From Candidatus Zambryskibacteria bacterium RIFCSPLOWO2_02_FULL_51_21 (GTDB taxonomy: Bacteria; Patescibacteriota; Minisyncoccia; Phycocordibacterales; Zambryskibacteraceae): a stretch of 64,000 bases of DNA. Below are positions 30,102 to 38,971 of the stretch, in pieces. How positions within the stretch are numbered: the stretch's first letter is position 1; every line of letters starts with the position of its first letter. The notes beneath the pieces were generated by a model. It made no database searches. It worked only from the letters and a program-made list of their open reading frames with translations, and was not told the origin of the DNA. Position numbers and translations under genes: made by a program. Where the stretch lies: NCBI GenBank assembly GCA_001824255.1, contig MHWQ01000002.1, positions 205,446 through 269,445 on the forward strand, written 5' to 3'.

Positions 30102-30942
30102 CGAAGGTCTTGGAATAATGCATCTTGCCGTCCTTGCCCGTCAAATAATAGAGATAGGGCGTCGAAGTCGGATGTATGGCGGCACGGATAGAGGCTAATC
30201 CTGGATTATTTATGGGCGCTTCGGGCAGGCCGGGGAATTCGTAAGTTTTCGCCTCCACATCGACCTGCAAGGCCATGCCGAGTTTGAGGCGCTTCCAGAG
30301 AATGCCGGAGACAATTTCGCGGTCTATCTGATTGTTCGTCTCCCCTTCTATGAGCGAGGCCATGGCGATGATGTCCTCAAGCTCTTTGCCGGAAGCTTCA
30401 ATCTCCGGCATAACCGGGAAAATTTTCCTGATGAAATTGTCACGCATAATCTTCATCGTCGAGGTGGCGGTAGATGTCACCGGCATGAAGTACGTGTCAG
30501 GGAATAGGTATCCCTCTGGCGCCGTTTTCTTGAACAATGAGTTGTCGAAGAACGGAAAGCGGTCATCGAAAAGGGCCGAAATTTTCTCCACCGTGAATCC
30601 TTCCGGCACGGTAATCTTCATCGATTCGATGCCGTAGCTGCCGCGCCTAATCCTCCAGGCAATAATGAAAGGGCTCTGCGGGCGTTCGAAATAATACTGG
30701 CCCGCCTTCATGTCCCGCTCGCCACCAAGAAATATGGCGGCTGTGCGGAACCAGAAGGGTGAGCGGATGACATTCTGCTTTTCTAAATCAAGAGAAAGAG
30801 TCTGGAGGCCTAAACCTTCAGCCACGTTAATGATCGAACCGGCAGGAAAATTGCCCGGCGGAGTTAGAAAACTGGCCGCGCCTATAACGACAGCAATCCC
30901 CAAGAAAAATAGAAGAATCTTTACGGTCTGTGATTCTTGCAT
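30061..30942 (-). CDS. mltG: Endolytic murein transglycosylase MltG (YceG-like)
   Basis: YceG motifs (EGYLFPDTY, GLP..PI..PG); ORF-track N-terminal extension rejected, start at internal ATG 30942 next to upstream stop. Confidence 0.75.
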   Translation of the reverse strand: MQESQTVKILLFFLGIAVVIGAASFLTPPGNFPAGSIINVAEGLGLQTLSLDLEKQNVIRSPFWFRTAAIFLGGERDMKAGQYYFERPQSPFIIAWRIRRGSYGIESMKITVPEGFTVEKISALFDDRFPFFDNSLFKKTAPEGYLFPDTYFMPVTSTATSTMKIMRDNFIRKIFPVMPEIEASGKELEDIIAMASLIEGETNNQIDREIVSGILWKRLKLGMALQVDVEAKTYEFPGLPEAPINNPGLASIRAAIHPTSTPYLYYLTGKDGKMHYSKTFDEHKANIAKYLSN

Positions 30943-30944
30943 CG

Positions 30945-32204
30945 CTAGACTGGAAGATTGGCCGGCGCTTCGGCCTTCTTGCTCGGTGCCCTCACAAGCG
31001 AAGGCGTGGTGGCGACTGAGCCGGGCAAATGGAAGAGGCTGGCCACTTCTTCGACGGTGAGTATGTAGGGTTCGGAAAAGAGATGGTAATGGAGCGGCCC
31101 GTGGTAGGCCCGGCGCTTGTAGGAGTCGATGAAACTTGTCAGCCGTTCGTTCTTCCTGATATCGTTCCAATCCTGCCATGAGTGCGTCAGGGCGAAGAAA
31201 ATTGGTTTGATGCCGTTTAGCATCGTGGCCGAACCGAACTGACGCATGGAACCGATGATGCCCATGCCGCGAGTCTTGTCGAACTCATCCTTGGGAGCGA
31301 TGTACATAAGGCGAATCATGGTGTCAAAGGCGAGCTTGCCGGCATTTCTCTGGATGGACGCGACAGTATCGGTCTGCGCCTTGGTCAAGTTAAGGAAACG
31401 GAAGGTCTGGGCTTCGCCTTCTTTCGGCTTGAGCAGAGATTCTTCCTCAACCATCTTTTCTATCTCCTTCTTGATACCGGCGCGCCAGTCCGGCTTGGCG
31501 ATGAGGCGGCCATAGAGATAACTCTCTTTGGCATGGGCGCGGATGAGAATCTGTATGCCGGCCACTTCGCCGGGCTTCAGCGTGCCCAGATATTCTATGA
31601 CCGGTGTTATGGGGTCGACAATCTTCGCTTGTTCTTCCTGGTCGCCGGCTTTTTTATCAAGTTCGAATTCAATGTAGGTCTTGATGGGATACGCGTCGGG
31701 TTTGACGAGACCGGTGTTGACGCCGAAGACTTTCACCTTCTCCGGGTCGTAACGCAGGTCTAGCGCGTAGTCCCTGACCTCGAAGACTTCCGCCTCCGGG
31801 TATTGGGCGTAAATTCTTGACTCGATGATTTTCTTCCACCTCGGGAAGGCCCAGATGAAGAATCTCACCTGCCCGCCGATGGAAACGATTTCGAGCGAGA
31901 ACCATTCGCGCATTTTGCCCTCCCAAAAAGCGTCGGCCGGAGTGGAAATGTTGGCGTTCTCCCAGATGCCCTGGAGCACGAGCTCCATGGCCGCCGGGGA
32001 CTTCGTCACCTCCTTCGGCAGTCTTATCTCGAGTAGAATCGAGCCCTGCTGGCTGACCCAGAGCCGGCGGATGTACCTGAGCCAGGTGGTCCAGGCGAGA
32101 CTTATGAGAATCAGCGGCACCCAGACCGGCCAAGCGGAGAAAAAGAAACCAATAGCCCGCGAGAGCACCTCCTGATTGAAAGGGTTGGCTAAGTCTTCGA
32201 ACAT
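30945..32204 (-). CDS. Conserved hypothetical membrane-associated protein (419 aa)
   Basis: ORF track; N-terminal TM pair then large soluble domain; tightly packed with mltG. Confidence 0.6.
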   Translation of the reverse strand: MFEDLANPFNQEVLSRAIGFFFSAWPVWVPLILISLAWTTWLRYIRRLWVSQQGSILLEIRLPKEVTKSPAAMELVLQGIWENANISTPADAFWEGKMREWFSLEIVSIGGQVRFFIWAFPRWKKIIESRIYAQYPEAEVFEVRDYALDLRYDPEKVKVFGVNTGLVKPDAYPIKTYIEFELDKKAGDQEEQAKIVDPITPVIEYLGTLKPGEVAGIQILIRAHAKESYLYGRLIAKPDWRAGIKKEIEKMVEEESLLKPKEGEAQTFRFLNLTKAQTDTVASIQRNAGKLAFDTMIRLMYIAPKDEFDKTRGMGIIGSMRQFGSATMLNGIKPIFFALTHSWQDWNDIRKNERLTSFIDSYKRRAYHGPLHYHLFSEPYILTVEEVASLFHLPGSVATTPSLVRAPSKKAEAPANLPV

Positions 32205-32225
32205 TAACTATATTCTAACCCGAGA

Positions 32226-33260
32226 CTACACGTTTGAGTAGCGTCCGTCTTTGTCCTTCTTGAAATATTTGGAATTCTGGAGGTTGACGAGGATGGTGTT
32301 CTCTTTGACATAGCGCTCCTTCAAAACTTTTTTGACTATTTCCTCGCGGCTAAGCGGGCCCTCCTTGGCAAGAATACTCTTGATGACATCCTTGACGACG
32401 CCCGACATATAACCCCACTCGGCAAGCGCATAGAGTCCGCGTCCAACGAGAACGAAACGCTTGTCCTTGATAAGCTCGTTGTGCGTGGTGGCGACGTGAG
32501 CCTTCTTGTTGAAATACTGGGTGATGGCCTTAGCCACTTCCTTGAAATGGATGGGCGAACCATGCTTCCTGATAACGAGGAAGGCATAGTCGCGCATACC
32601 CTTGGCATTGACGTTGGGAGAAGAGGCCCGGCCCCATTCGCCGAGAGGATTCTTGCCTATCTTATGCGAAATGCCGAGCCAGCGCTTGATAATCTCATCG
32701 TCCTTATACTTCTCGTTGAGGTCCTTCACCTCCTCGAGGAAAGAGGAAATGAGGTCGCCTTCGACCACGAGCTCGTCATCGGAAAGCTTGGCATAGAGTT
32801 TCCTCAAAGTATTCTGAATCTTATCAGCCAGCTGTTGGTCGACGTGCCAGCGGTGGCGGAATTCTTCGTCCTCCTTATCGCGCTTGAACTCCTCGCCGAT
32901 GATGAGAAGAAAGTGGTAATGATTCTGGGTTGAAGGCTCTTTGGCCAGATGTTTCAAGAGGTCTTTCTCTGACACAATGCCTCCCAACGCCGTGACGATA
33001 TCCTTGAGTTCGGCAAAGACGGCCTCAGCTTCCTTGTAGGACTTCGACTTCCTGATGGCAGCGATGGAATGGTTCTCAATCTGGCGGACGCGCTCGCGGG
33101 TGATGCCGTACTTCTTGCCGATGGCATCGAGAGTGAGCTTCTGAGCCTTGGCGCCCAGGCCGTAGCGAGAAACGATTACGTCCTGGCCGCGCTTGGTGAG
33201 AACCGACAAAAGTTTCTTGGTGGCTTCCTTGGGCTTAAAGCTGGTTGCTATCTTTTCCAT
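32226..33260 (-). CDS. Protein with N-terminal sigma-70 region-4-like HTH followed by about 250 aa uncharacterised domain
   Basis: Region 4 signature (LTLDAIGKKYGITRERVRQIENHSIAAIRK) at N-terminus, not C-terminus. Confidence 0.6.
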   Translation of the reverse strand: MEKIATSFKPKEATKKLLSVLTKRGQDVIVSRYGLGAKAQKLTLDAIGKKYGITRERVRQIENHSIAAIRKSKSYKEAEAVFAELKDIVTALGGIVSEKDLLKHLAKEPSTQNHYHFLLIIGEEFKRDKEDEEFRHRWHVDQQLADKIQNTLRKLYAKLSDDELVVEGDLISSFLEEVKDLNEKYKDDEIIKRWLGISHKIGKNPLGEWGRASSPNVNAKGMRDYAFLVIRKHGSPIHFKEVAKAITQYFNKKAHVATTHNELIKDKRFVLVGRGLYALAEWGYMSGVVKDVIKSILAKEGPLSREEIVKKVLKERYVKENTILVNLQNSKYFKKDKDGRYSNV

Positions 33261-33281
33261 TTGATTGTGTTATTTCTATCA

Positions 33282-33302
33282 CTTGACACCTCTAGTGTCA
33301 AG
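33282..33302. promoter_or_regulatory. Perfect palindrome CTTGACAC-CTCTA-GTGTCAAG between leuS stop and the sigma-region-4 gene start; putative operator overlapping a -35-like TTGACA
   Basis: 8 nt inverted repeat arms with 5 nt spacer, 20 nt upstream of the ATG at 33260. Confidence 0.45.
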
Positions 33303-33307
33303 CATCA

Positions 33308-36067
33308 TCAAGAAGTCACGATATTTACCAGTTTTCTAGGGACATAAATCCTATTCTTGACTGCCTTATCCCCAACCCACTTTTGCGTTTCGGGGAGATT
33401 CTCTGCAAGCTCGAAAGCTTCCGCCTCATCGAGCGCTCTCAGCGCTTCGAATTTGCCGCGCACGCGGCCGTTGACCTGAACCACAATTGTAACAACTTCG
33501 CTCACAAGCTTCGTTTCATCGTACCCGGGCCAGCTCTGTGAATGAATTGAATCGCTGTGTCCGAGCGAGTGCCACAACTCTTCCGCCATATGCGGCGCGA
33601 ATGGTGCTAAGAGCTTTAGTAATGTTTCGTATTCTTCTTTGGAGATTTTCTCTTTCTTCTCCAAATCATTTACAAAAATCATCAGGGTTGAAATCGCAGT
33701 ATTGAAACGCATGTGCTCGATATCGCCGGTCACCTTTTTTATCGTTTGATGAGCGGAAGATGAAACTTCATCGAGCGAAGTCTGGCCATGCTTGCCGGAG
33801 GCAACATCCGAAGACTTTGTGAGAGGAAGTTTCGTCTGAAGTCTCCATATTTTCTCCAAAAATCTCCGCGGCCCGACCAGAGAACTCTCACTCCAGGCAA
33901 TTGCCTGTTCGAAGGGGCCCATGAACATCTCGTAGAGGCGCAGAGTGTCGGCGCCGAAACGTTCAACGATAGAATCGGGATTTATGACATTGCCTTTCGA
34001 CTTACTCATCTTCTCTCCCCCTTCGGCCAAGATAAGCCCGTGAGAAGTGCGCTTCTTGTAGGGTTCACTTACGGGCACAAGGCCTATGTCATATAGAAAC
34101 TTATTCCAGAAACGGGAATAGAGAAGATGAAGAACTGTGTGCTCCATACCGCCGTTGTACCAGTCCACGGGCATGAAATATTTGAAATTTTCAATTTGCA
34201 ATTTCCAATTTTCAGTAGAAACCGGATTCTCAAATCCTTTCTTATCGAATAGGTAGGCGAGAAAATACCAGGAGGAGCCGGCCCAATTGGGCATAGTATC
34301 TGTCTCGCGCTTGGCAGGACCGTCGCATTTCGGGCAAGTTATATTGACCCACTCATCTATCGCCGCGAGCGGCGACTCGCCGGTGTCGGTGGGCATATAA
34401 TTCTTTACCTCTGGGAGAAGGACCGGCAAATCTTTCTCCGGCACGGGCACTATGCCGCATTTATCGCAGTGCACAACCGGAATCGGTTCACCCCAGTATC
34501 TCTGCCTCGAGAAAACCCAATCACGAAGTTTGTATTTGACGACCTTCTTGCCGAATTTCTCCGTAATTTTCTCTCTGGCTTCTCCCGATTCAAGACCATC
34601 GAATTCATTGGAATTCGCAATGATTCCTTCTCCTGTATAGAAATCTTTGCCAGTCTCAATACGCTGTCTGATAATTTCTATTTCCGAGTGATTTATACGA
34701 ATAGTTTTGAATTCCTCTTTGGATATCCATTCGACTTCATGCTTTTCAAGCTCTTCTTCTGTTACGGTTTGACGGGCATTACTCTTTAATTCAAAAAACA
34801 GCAAGACATCATGAGCGATGCGATTAACTCCTTTATGAGCTGCATAAAATTCCGCTTGAGTATCCCCGCCAAGCCTTCTAATTAATTCGATATCTGTGTA
34901 TCCGGTTTCTTCCGTTATTTCTCTCTTGGCCGATTCTACGGCATTCTCTCCTTCTTCTATGCCTCCTGTTACAAAAGTTCTCCATGGAACTTTTTTCCAT
35001 TTCAGAGTGAGATACTTCTCCGTTTTTGGATCATAAACAATGCTTAAGGTGACTTTTCGCGCCACAATATCTTTGCCGTTTTGATGCGGATTGGTGGAAT
35101 CCGGCAGGCGCGGCGTTATCACGTGCTTAATCGGCAAATCGTGCTTCTTGGCGAACTCATAGTCGCGCTCGTCGTGCGCGGGCACCCCCATAATGGCTCC
35201 GGTGCCGTAGTCGAAGTAAACATATTCCGCTTCCCAGACGGGAATTTTTTCCCTGGTCGCGGGATTAATTGCGTAATCTCCAGTAAATTTGTCTTCTTTA
35301 CCCGCCTTGACCAAGAAAGTAGCACCGAAGATTGTGTCCGGCCGAGTCGTGAATACTTCTATATCATCAAATTTGATAAGCGCGCCTTCCGACTTCCCTA
35401 TCCAGTTCTTCTGCTGAACTTTGACCCGCTCCGGATAATCCACGGTGTCGAGGTCAGCCAGAAGTTTGTCGGCATACTTAGTGATGGCGAGCATCCATTG
35501 CTCTTTTTCCCGCTGTTCCACCGGCGTGCCACAGCGCTCGCACTTGCCGTCCACCACTTCTTCGTTGGCGAGGCCAATCTTATCCTTCGGACACCAGTTG
35601 ATGGGAATCTTCGCCTTGTACGCGAGTCCATGCTCAAGAAACTTCAAGAAGAGCCATTGAGTCCATTTGTAATACTTGGGGTCAGTCGTGTTAATCTCGC
35701 GCGACCAGTCGAAGGAGATGCCGAGCGACTGAATCTGCCTGCGAAAAGTGTCTGTGTTTTCCTTCGTAATTTCTGCGGGCGGACGGCCTGTTTTGATAGC
35801 GTAATTCTCCGTCGGCAAACCGAAAGCGTCCCAGCCGATGGGATAGAGTACATTCTTGCCTTCCATCCTTTTCTTCCTCGCAATGATATCCATGCCGATG
35901 TACGGGCGAGGATGTCCCACATGAAGACCGTCTCCGGATGGATACGGAAATTCTATAAGCGCGTAATATTTTTGCTTAGAAGAATTATCTTCTGCATTGT
36001 ATAGGCCATCTTTCTCCCATTCCTTCTGCCACTTAGACTCTATCTGTTTCGGGTCGTATTCTGTCAT
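33308..36067 (-). CDS. leuS: Leucine--tRNA ligase with reduced CP1/editing region and an inserted Nudix hydrolase domain
   Basis: HVGH and KMSKS motifs; TTRPDT...GTGA spacing only about 45 aa; canonical Nudix box GGIEEGENAVESAKREITEETGY at aa 368-390. Confidence 0.85.
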   Translation of the reverse strand: MTEYDPKQIESKWQKEWEKDGLYNAEDNSSKQKYYALIEFPYPSGDGLHVGHPRPYIGMDIIARKKRMEGKNVLYPIGWDAFGLPTENYAIKTGRPPAEITKENTDTFRRQIQSLGISFDWSREINTTDPKYYKWTQWLFLKFLEHGLAYKAKIPINWCPKDKIGLANEEVVDGKCERCGTPVEQREKEQWMLAITKYADKLLADLDTVDYPERVKVQQKNWIGKSEGALIKFDDIEVFTTRPDTIFGATFLVKAGKEDKFTGDYAINPATREKIPVWEAEYVYFDYGTGAIMGVPAHDERDYEFAKKHDLPIKHVITPRLPDSTNPHQNGKDIVARKVTLSIVYDPKTEKYLTLKWKKVPWRTFVTGGIEEGENAVESAKREITEETGYTDIELIRRLGGDTQAEFYAAHKGVNRIAHDVLLFFELKSNARQTVTEEELEKHEVEWISKEEFKTIRINHSEIEIIRQRIETGKDFYTGEGIIANSNEFDGLESGEAREKITEKFGKKVVKYKLRDWVFSRQRYWGEPIPVVHCDKCGIVPVPEKDLPVLLPEVKNYMPTDTGESPLAAIDEWVNITCPKCDGPAKRETDTMPNWAGSSWYFLAYLFDKKGFENPVSTENWKLQIENFKYFMPVDWYNGGMEHTVLHLLYSRFWNKFLYDIGLVPVSEPYKKRTSHGLILAEGGEKMSKSKGNVINPDSIVERFGADTLRLYEMFMGPFEQAIAWSESSLVGPRRFLEKIWRLQTKLPLTKSSDVASGKHGQTSLDEVSSSAHQTIKKVTGDIEHMRFNTAISTLMIFVNDLEKKEKISKEEYETLLKLLAPFAPHMAEELWHSLGHSDSIHSQSWPGYDETKLVSEVVTIVVQVNGRVRGKFEALRALDEAEAFELAENLPETQKWVGDKAVKNRIYVPRKLVNIVTS

Positions 36068-36596
36068 TGAATTTTTTCATCGCTATCCAGAAGAGGATGC
36101 TCAGCGCGATGGCGAGTATTACAACTCTCGCCCAATTGTCCGCCGAGCCCCAGTAGCGCACGGATGCGACGAGAAATGAGAGAAGACCTGCAAGCGAGAG
36201 ACCGCCCGTGATCACTGTATTACCTGCGAAGAAGTTGCCTGCCGCTACCGAGAACGCACCGAGCACCACGAGCACTATGAAGACATTTCTGTTGTAACTT
36301 TTGTTAGCCGCGTCAAACTCTTGTCGGCAAGAGTACTGTAGGTCGCAATAACCGCGCGGTTCTGTAAATCCGGCCGGGACGGGCTTGCCATATCCGGGAT
36401 TGGTCGTCCACTGGCCACCTTGTGCTACACAAGTACTCTGAGTCTCGGGAATATTCACCACTTGTTCGCTCTTGCAGAAGTTCTCGTACTGGGGGCTCTT
36501 GTAAGCGAGCGAGAGCGCATAGTTGAAGAAGAGATTGAGCACAATCATGATGCCCAAAATGACCGACCAGCGCCCGATGCGATTGGATGTATTCAT
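36033..36596 (-). CDS. Small integral membrane protein, hypothetical
   Basis: ORF track; 3-4 TM helices, Cys/Tyr-rich loop. Confidence 0.55.
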   Translation of the reverse strand: MNTSNRIGRWSVILGIMIVLNLFFNYALSLAYKSPQYENFCKSEQVVNIPETQSTCVAQGGQWTTNPGYGKPVPAGFTEPRGYCDLQYSCRQEFDAANKSYNRNVFIVLVVLGAFSVAAGNFFAGNTVITGGLSLAGLLSFLVASVRYWGSADNWARVVILAIALSILFWIAMKKFNDRIRPETDRV

Positions 36597-36619
36597 ATAG
36601 CTATTCTAGCAGAATTGAG

Positions 36620-37438
36620 CTAAATCAAAAACTCCAAGACGTCGCCGTCTTGGACGATGTATTCTTTGCCTTCGATACGTACCCAGCCCTTGGCGCGGGC
36701 GGCAGCGTAAGAGCCGGCTTCCAGAAGCTTGTCCCAATGAATCACTTCGGCCCTGATGAACTTCTCCATGAAGTCGGTATGTATTGATTTTCCGGCAAAA
36801 GGCGCTGTGGCTCCCCTCTTCGTTGTCCAGGCGCGGGACTCTTTTTCTCCGGTGGTAAAGAAAGTGATAAGGTCGAGCAGTTTGTAGGCCTCTGTAATGA
36901 GTTTGTCAAGACCGGTGCCGAAAATGGGATCAATCTCCACATACGGCCCGGGAATCTGGTCGAGCACGTCGCGCTTGTTCTCGGAGGCCTCGGAAGTATT
37001 CACTACATAAAGAATCGGCTTATCGATGCCCGCGGCCTTGAGCTCCAGATTGATAATTTCTATATCGAAGAGCGGGTCAATTTTGTCGTGAACGTGAATG
37101 ATTTCTTTGTCTTCAAATATTCTCACCACCTCGATAATGGCATCAACCTCGCGGATATGAGAAAGGAATTTATTGCCCAGTCCCTCGCCTTCCGACGCGC
37201 CCCTGACAAGACCGGCGATATCGACAAATTCGACAACCGCGGGAATAGTTTTTTTAGACTTAGAGAGCGCCGAGAGTTTATCAAGTCGCTCGTCTGGCAC
37301 CGGCACAATGCCGACCGAGGGGTCGATAGTGCAAAAAGGATAATTCTCCGCCGGCACGCCCTTCTTCGTCAGCGCGTTAAACAACGTTGATTTGCCAACA
37401 TTGGGTAGACCTACAATACCGACAGACAGCTTGGACAT
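36620..37438 (-). CDS. ychF: Ribosome-binding ATPase YchF (Obg family, with C-terminal TGS domain)
   Basis: G1 motif [15 protein letters not shown]-like C-terminus ([16 protein letters not shown]); start set at MSKLSVG. Confidence 0.85.
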   Translation of the reverse strand: MSKLSVGIVGLPNVGKSTLFNALTKKGVPAENYPFCTIDPSVGIVPVPDERLDKLSALSKSKKTIPAVVEFVDIAGLVRGASEGEGLGNKFLSHIREVDAIIEVVRIFEDKEIIHVHDKIDPLFDIEIINLELKAAGIDKPILYVVNTSEASENKRDVLDQIPGPYVEIDPIFGTGLDKLITEAYKLLDLITFFTTGEKESRAWTTKRGATAPFAGKSIHTDFMEKFIRAEVIHWDKLLEAGSYAAARAKGWVRIEGKEYIVQDGDVLEFLI

Positions 37439-37462
37439 TAGAAAATTAGAATAGCTTAAATA

Positions 37463-37500
37463 CCGAAACAAAACAAAAGCGCCACGATGTTCCGTGGCGC
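37463..37500 (-). terminator. Rho-independent terminator after small ORF 37521-37769
   Basis: GCGCCACG-GAACAU-CGUGGCGC hairpin followed by UUUUGUUUUGUUU on minus strand. Confidence 0.65.
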
Positions 37501-37520
37501 CCTGCTTCGTGAATGGGTAA

Positions 37521-37769
37521 CTAAAGTCCAGTCACCCAGGCGCGCTCGAACCACTCACCCGCAAGATCCTGCCTCGTCCCGTTTGGAACTTCGACAGTTA
37601 CCATGTAGGGAGCGACCGACGGCTTGCCGATGTCGCTGGTCCAGAGTCTGAGACCGACCACTTTGAATGGCCCTTCTCCATACCTCTGGATCATGTCGGG
37701 CAGGATAGATGGGTAGACCTCTCGATCCCACACCACCATTTCGCCCAACTTCAGGTCGTTCAGCACCAT
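37521..37769 (-). CDS. Small hypothetical protein (82 aa), monocistronic, GC3-rich
   Basis: RBS GGAGGT 4 nt before ATG 37769; own promoter and terminator; ORF-track alt start rejected. Confidence 0.6.
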   Translation of the reverse strand: MVLNDLKLGEMVVWDREVYPSILPDMIQRYGEGPFKVVGLRLWTSDIGKPSVAPYMVTVEVPNGTRQDLAGEWFERAWVTGL

Positions 37770-37786
37770 GTGTACCTCCAATTACT

Positions 37787-37815
37787 ATCTTAGCACAAAG
37801 TGCTTGATTTGTCAA
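37787..37815 (-). promoter_or_regulatory. Promoter TTGACA-N17-TAAGAT with extended -10 (TGCTAAGATAGTA)
   Basis: -35 37810-37815, -10 37787-37792 on minus strand; same 13 nt motif TGCTAAGATAGTA as promoter at 54061. Confidence 0.55.
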
Positions 37816-37848
37816 ACGGCGTATGGTGAACTTGCCGAACTATAAGGC

Positions 37849-37873
37849 GAGGCCCCGCAAAATGCGGGGCCTG
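37849..37873 (-). terminator. Hairpin GGCCCCGC-AAAAU-GCGGGGCC after ORF 37880-38137 (weak U tract)
   Basis: 8 bp GC stem immediately 3' of stop codon. Confidence 0.4.
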
Positions 37874-37879
37874 ATTCCG

Positions 37880-38137
37880 TTACTGTATGTGCTGGATGAA
37901 CAGAAGCGAAGGGTCTTCCGGCTGGGGAAGCGCGACGAGCTTCCGCATACCGAGAGCGGAGTCGAGCGAGTCGAGCATCTGGTCCAGGGTGTAAGACTCG
38001 CCTTCCTCCTCTCCCGCGAACTTTACCCTCACAAGTTCGCCGGCACCTGGCAAGAATGCATCCAGCCAGTATTTCTTCTCCTTCTTACCGTTCTCCGAGC
38101 ACGAAACGACAATTAACTGCCCAGCCTGGAATTCCAT
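37880..38137 (-). CDS. Small hypothetical acidic protein (85 aa)
   Basis: ORF track; GC3-rich coding signal; last gene of exonuclease/flavodoxin operon. Confidence 0.55.
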   Translation of the reverse strand: MEFQAGQLIVVSCSENGKKEKKYWLDAFLPGAGELVRVKFAGEEEGESYTLDQMLDSLDSALGMRKLVALPQPEDPSLLFIQHIQ

Positions 38138-38164
38138 ATTTCCTCCACTGCAAGGCGTAAAGGT

Positions 38165-38737
38165 CTAATTCGCTTTCCAGCCGAAATTATACACCTTTCT
38201 CTTGATGCGCTCGCGACGACCGGTCGAGCCAAAGTGTTTGAGGTATCCGAATTTCTTAACTCTGACCTTAAATCCGGCGAACCAGAGAATCGCCCGGGCG
38301 ATTTCGTTCGAGGTGTCGCCGAAGAGGATGTAGGCGGCGAAGGGAATATTGTCAGAAGTGATTACGACTCTCGCTGTCTTGCCTTTGTGGAGCTTCTTCC
38401 AGGTGAAGCTCGATGTAAATTTGTACGCAAATCCCGGCAGCCACGCACGGTCGAAAATACCTTTGAGAAGTGCCGGCATAGTGGACCACCAAGTGGGATA
38501 GAAGATAACGAAATGTTCGCACCAAGCCACGTTCTCCTGAAACGCCTTGAGGTCCGGCTCAAGCTCTTGGATGCTTCTGTAGCCGTGGCGAAGAATCGGG
38601 TCGAACTGCATTTCGCCCAGATTCATCCTCCGCACTTCGTGCCCCACCTCCTCCGCCCCGCGCTGATACTCATCGGCCAGAGTGCAGTTGAAGCTGTCAG
38701 CATCCGGATGTCCCAAGAGAATGAAAATTTTTTTCAT
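38165..38737 (-). CDS. Flavodoxin-like fold NAD(P)H-dependent oxidoreductase (NQO1/MdaB-like)
   Basis: N-terminal flavodoxin-like motif LLGHPDADSFNC and conserved C-terminal region. Confidence 0.7.
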   Translation of the reverse strand: MKKIFILLGHPDADSFNCTLADEYQRGAEEVGHEVRRMNLGEMQFDPILRHGYRSIQELEPDLKAFQENVAWCEHFVIFYPTWWSTMPALLKGIFDRAWLPGFAYKFTSSFTWKKLHKGKTARVVITSDNIPFAAYILFGDTSNEIARAILWFAGFKVRVKKFGYLKHFGSTGRRERIKRKVYNFGWKAN

Positions 38738-38964
38738 TGGCGGAGAAGTTTCTGCAGTTCCGCCTGATTCTCCCGCATCACGGCCATAGTCGCGGCCATT
38801 TCGCTCTCGCCCCGCTTGGTGCGCGCCTTAATCTCATCACCTATTCTTTTGAAAAAATCTGGATTCTTCTCCATCGCGCCCATGAGCATGTCGCGCTGAG
38901 CCTCCGGCACATCCTTTAATTTGTGCTTCAGAGCCTGCTTTAGAAAGAAATCTTTTATTCCCAT
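38734..38964 (-). CDS. Small hypothetical helical protein (76 aa)
   Basis: ORF track; ATGA overlap with downstream gene. Confidence 0.5.
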   Translation of the reverse strand: MGIKDFFLKQALKHKLKDVPEAQRDMLMGAMEKNPDFFKRIGDEIKARTKRGESEMAATMAVMRENQAELQKLLRQ

Positions 38965-38971
38965 GGCGGTA

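Noticed and set aside
30943-31179. N-terminal 79 aa extension of the mltG ORF in the track
   Set aside because: Would overlap the upstream gene by 235 nt; internal ATG at 30942 gives a typical MltG N-terminus with TM helix.
35081-36004. 307 aa plus-strand ORF antisense to leuS
   Set aside because: Shadow ORF within leuS.
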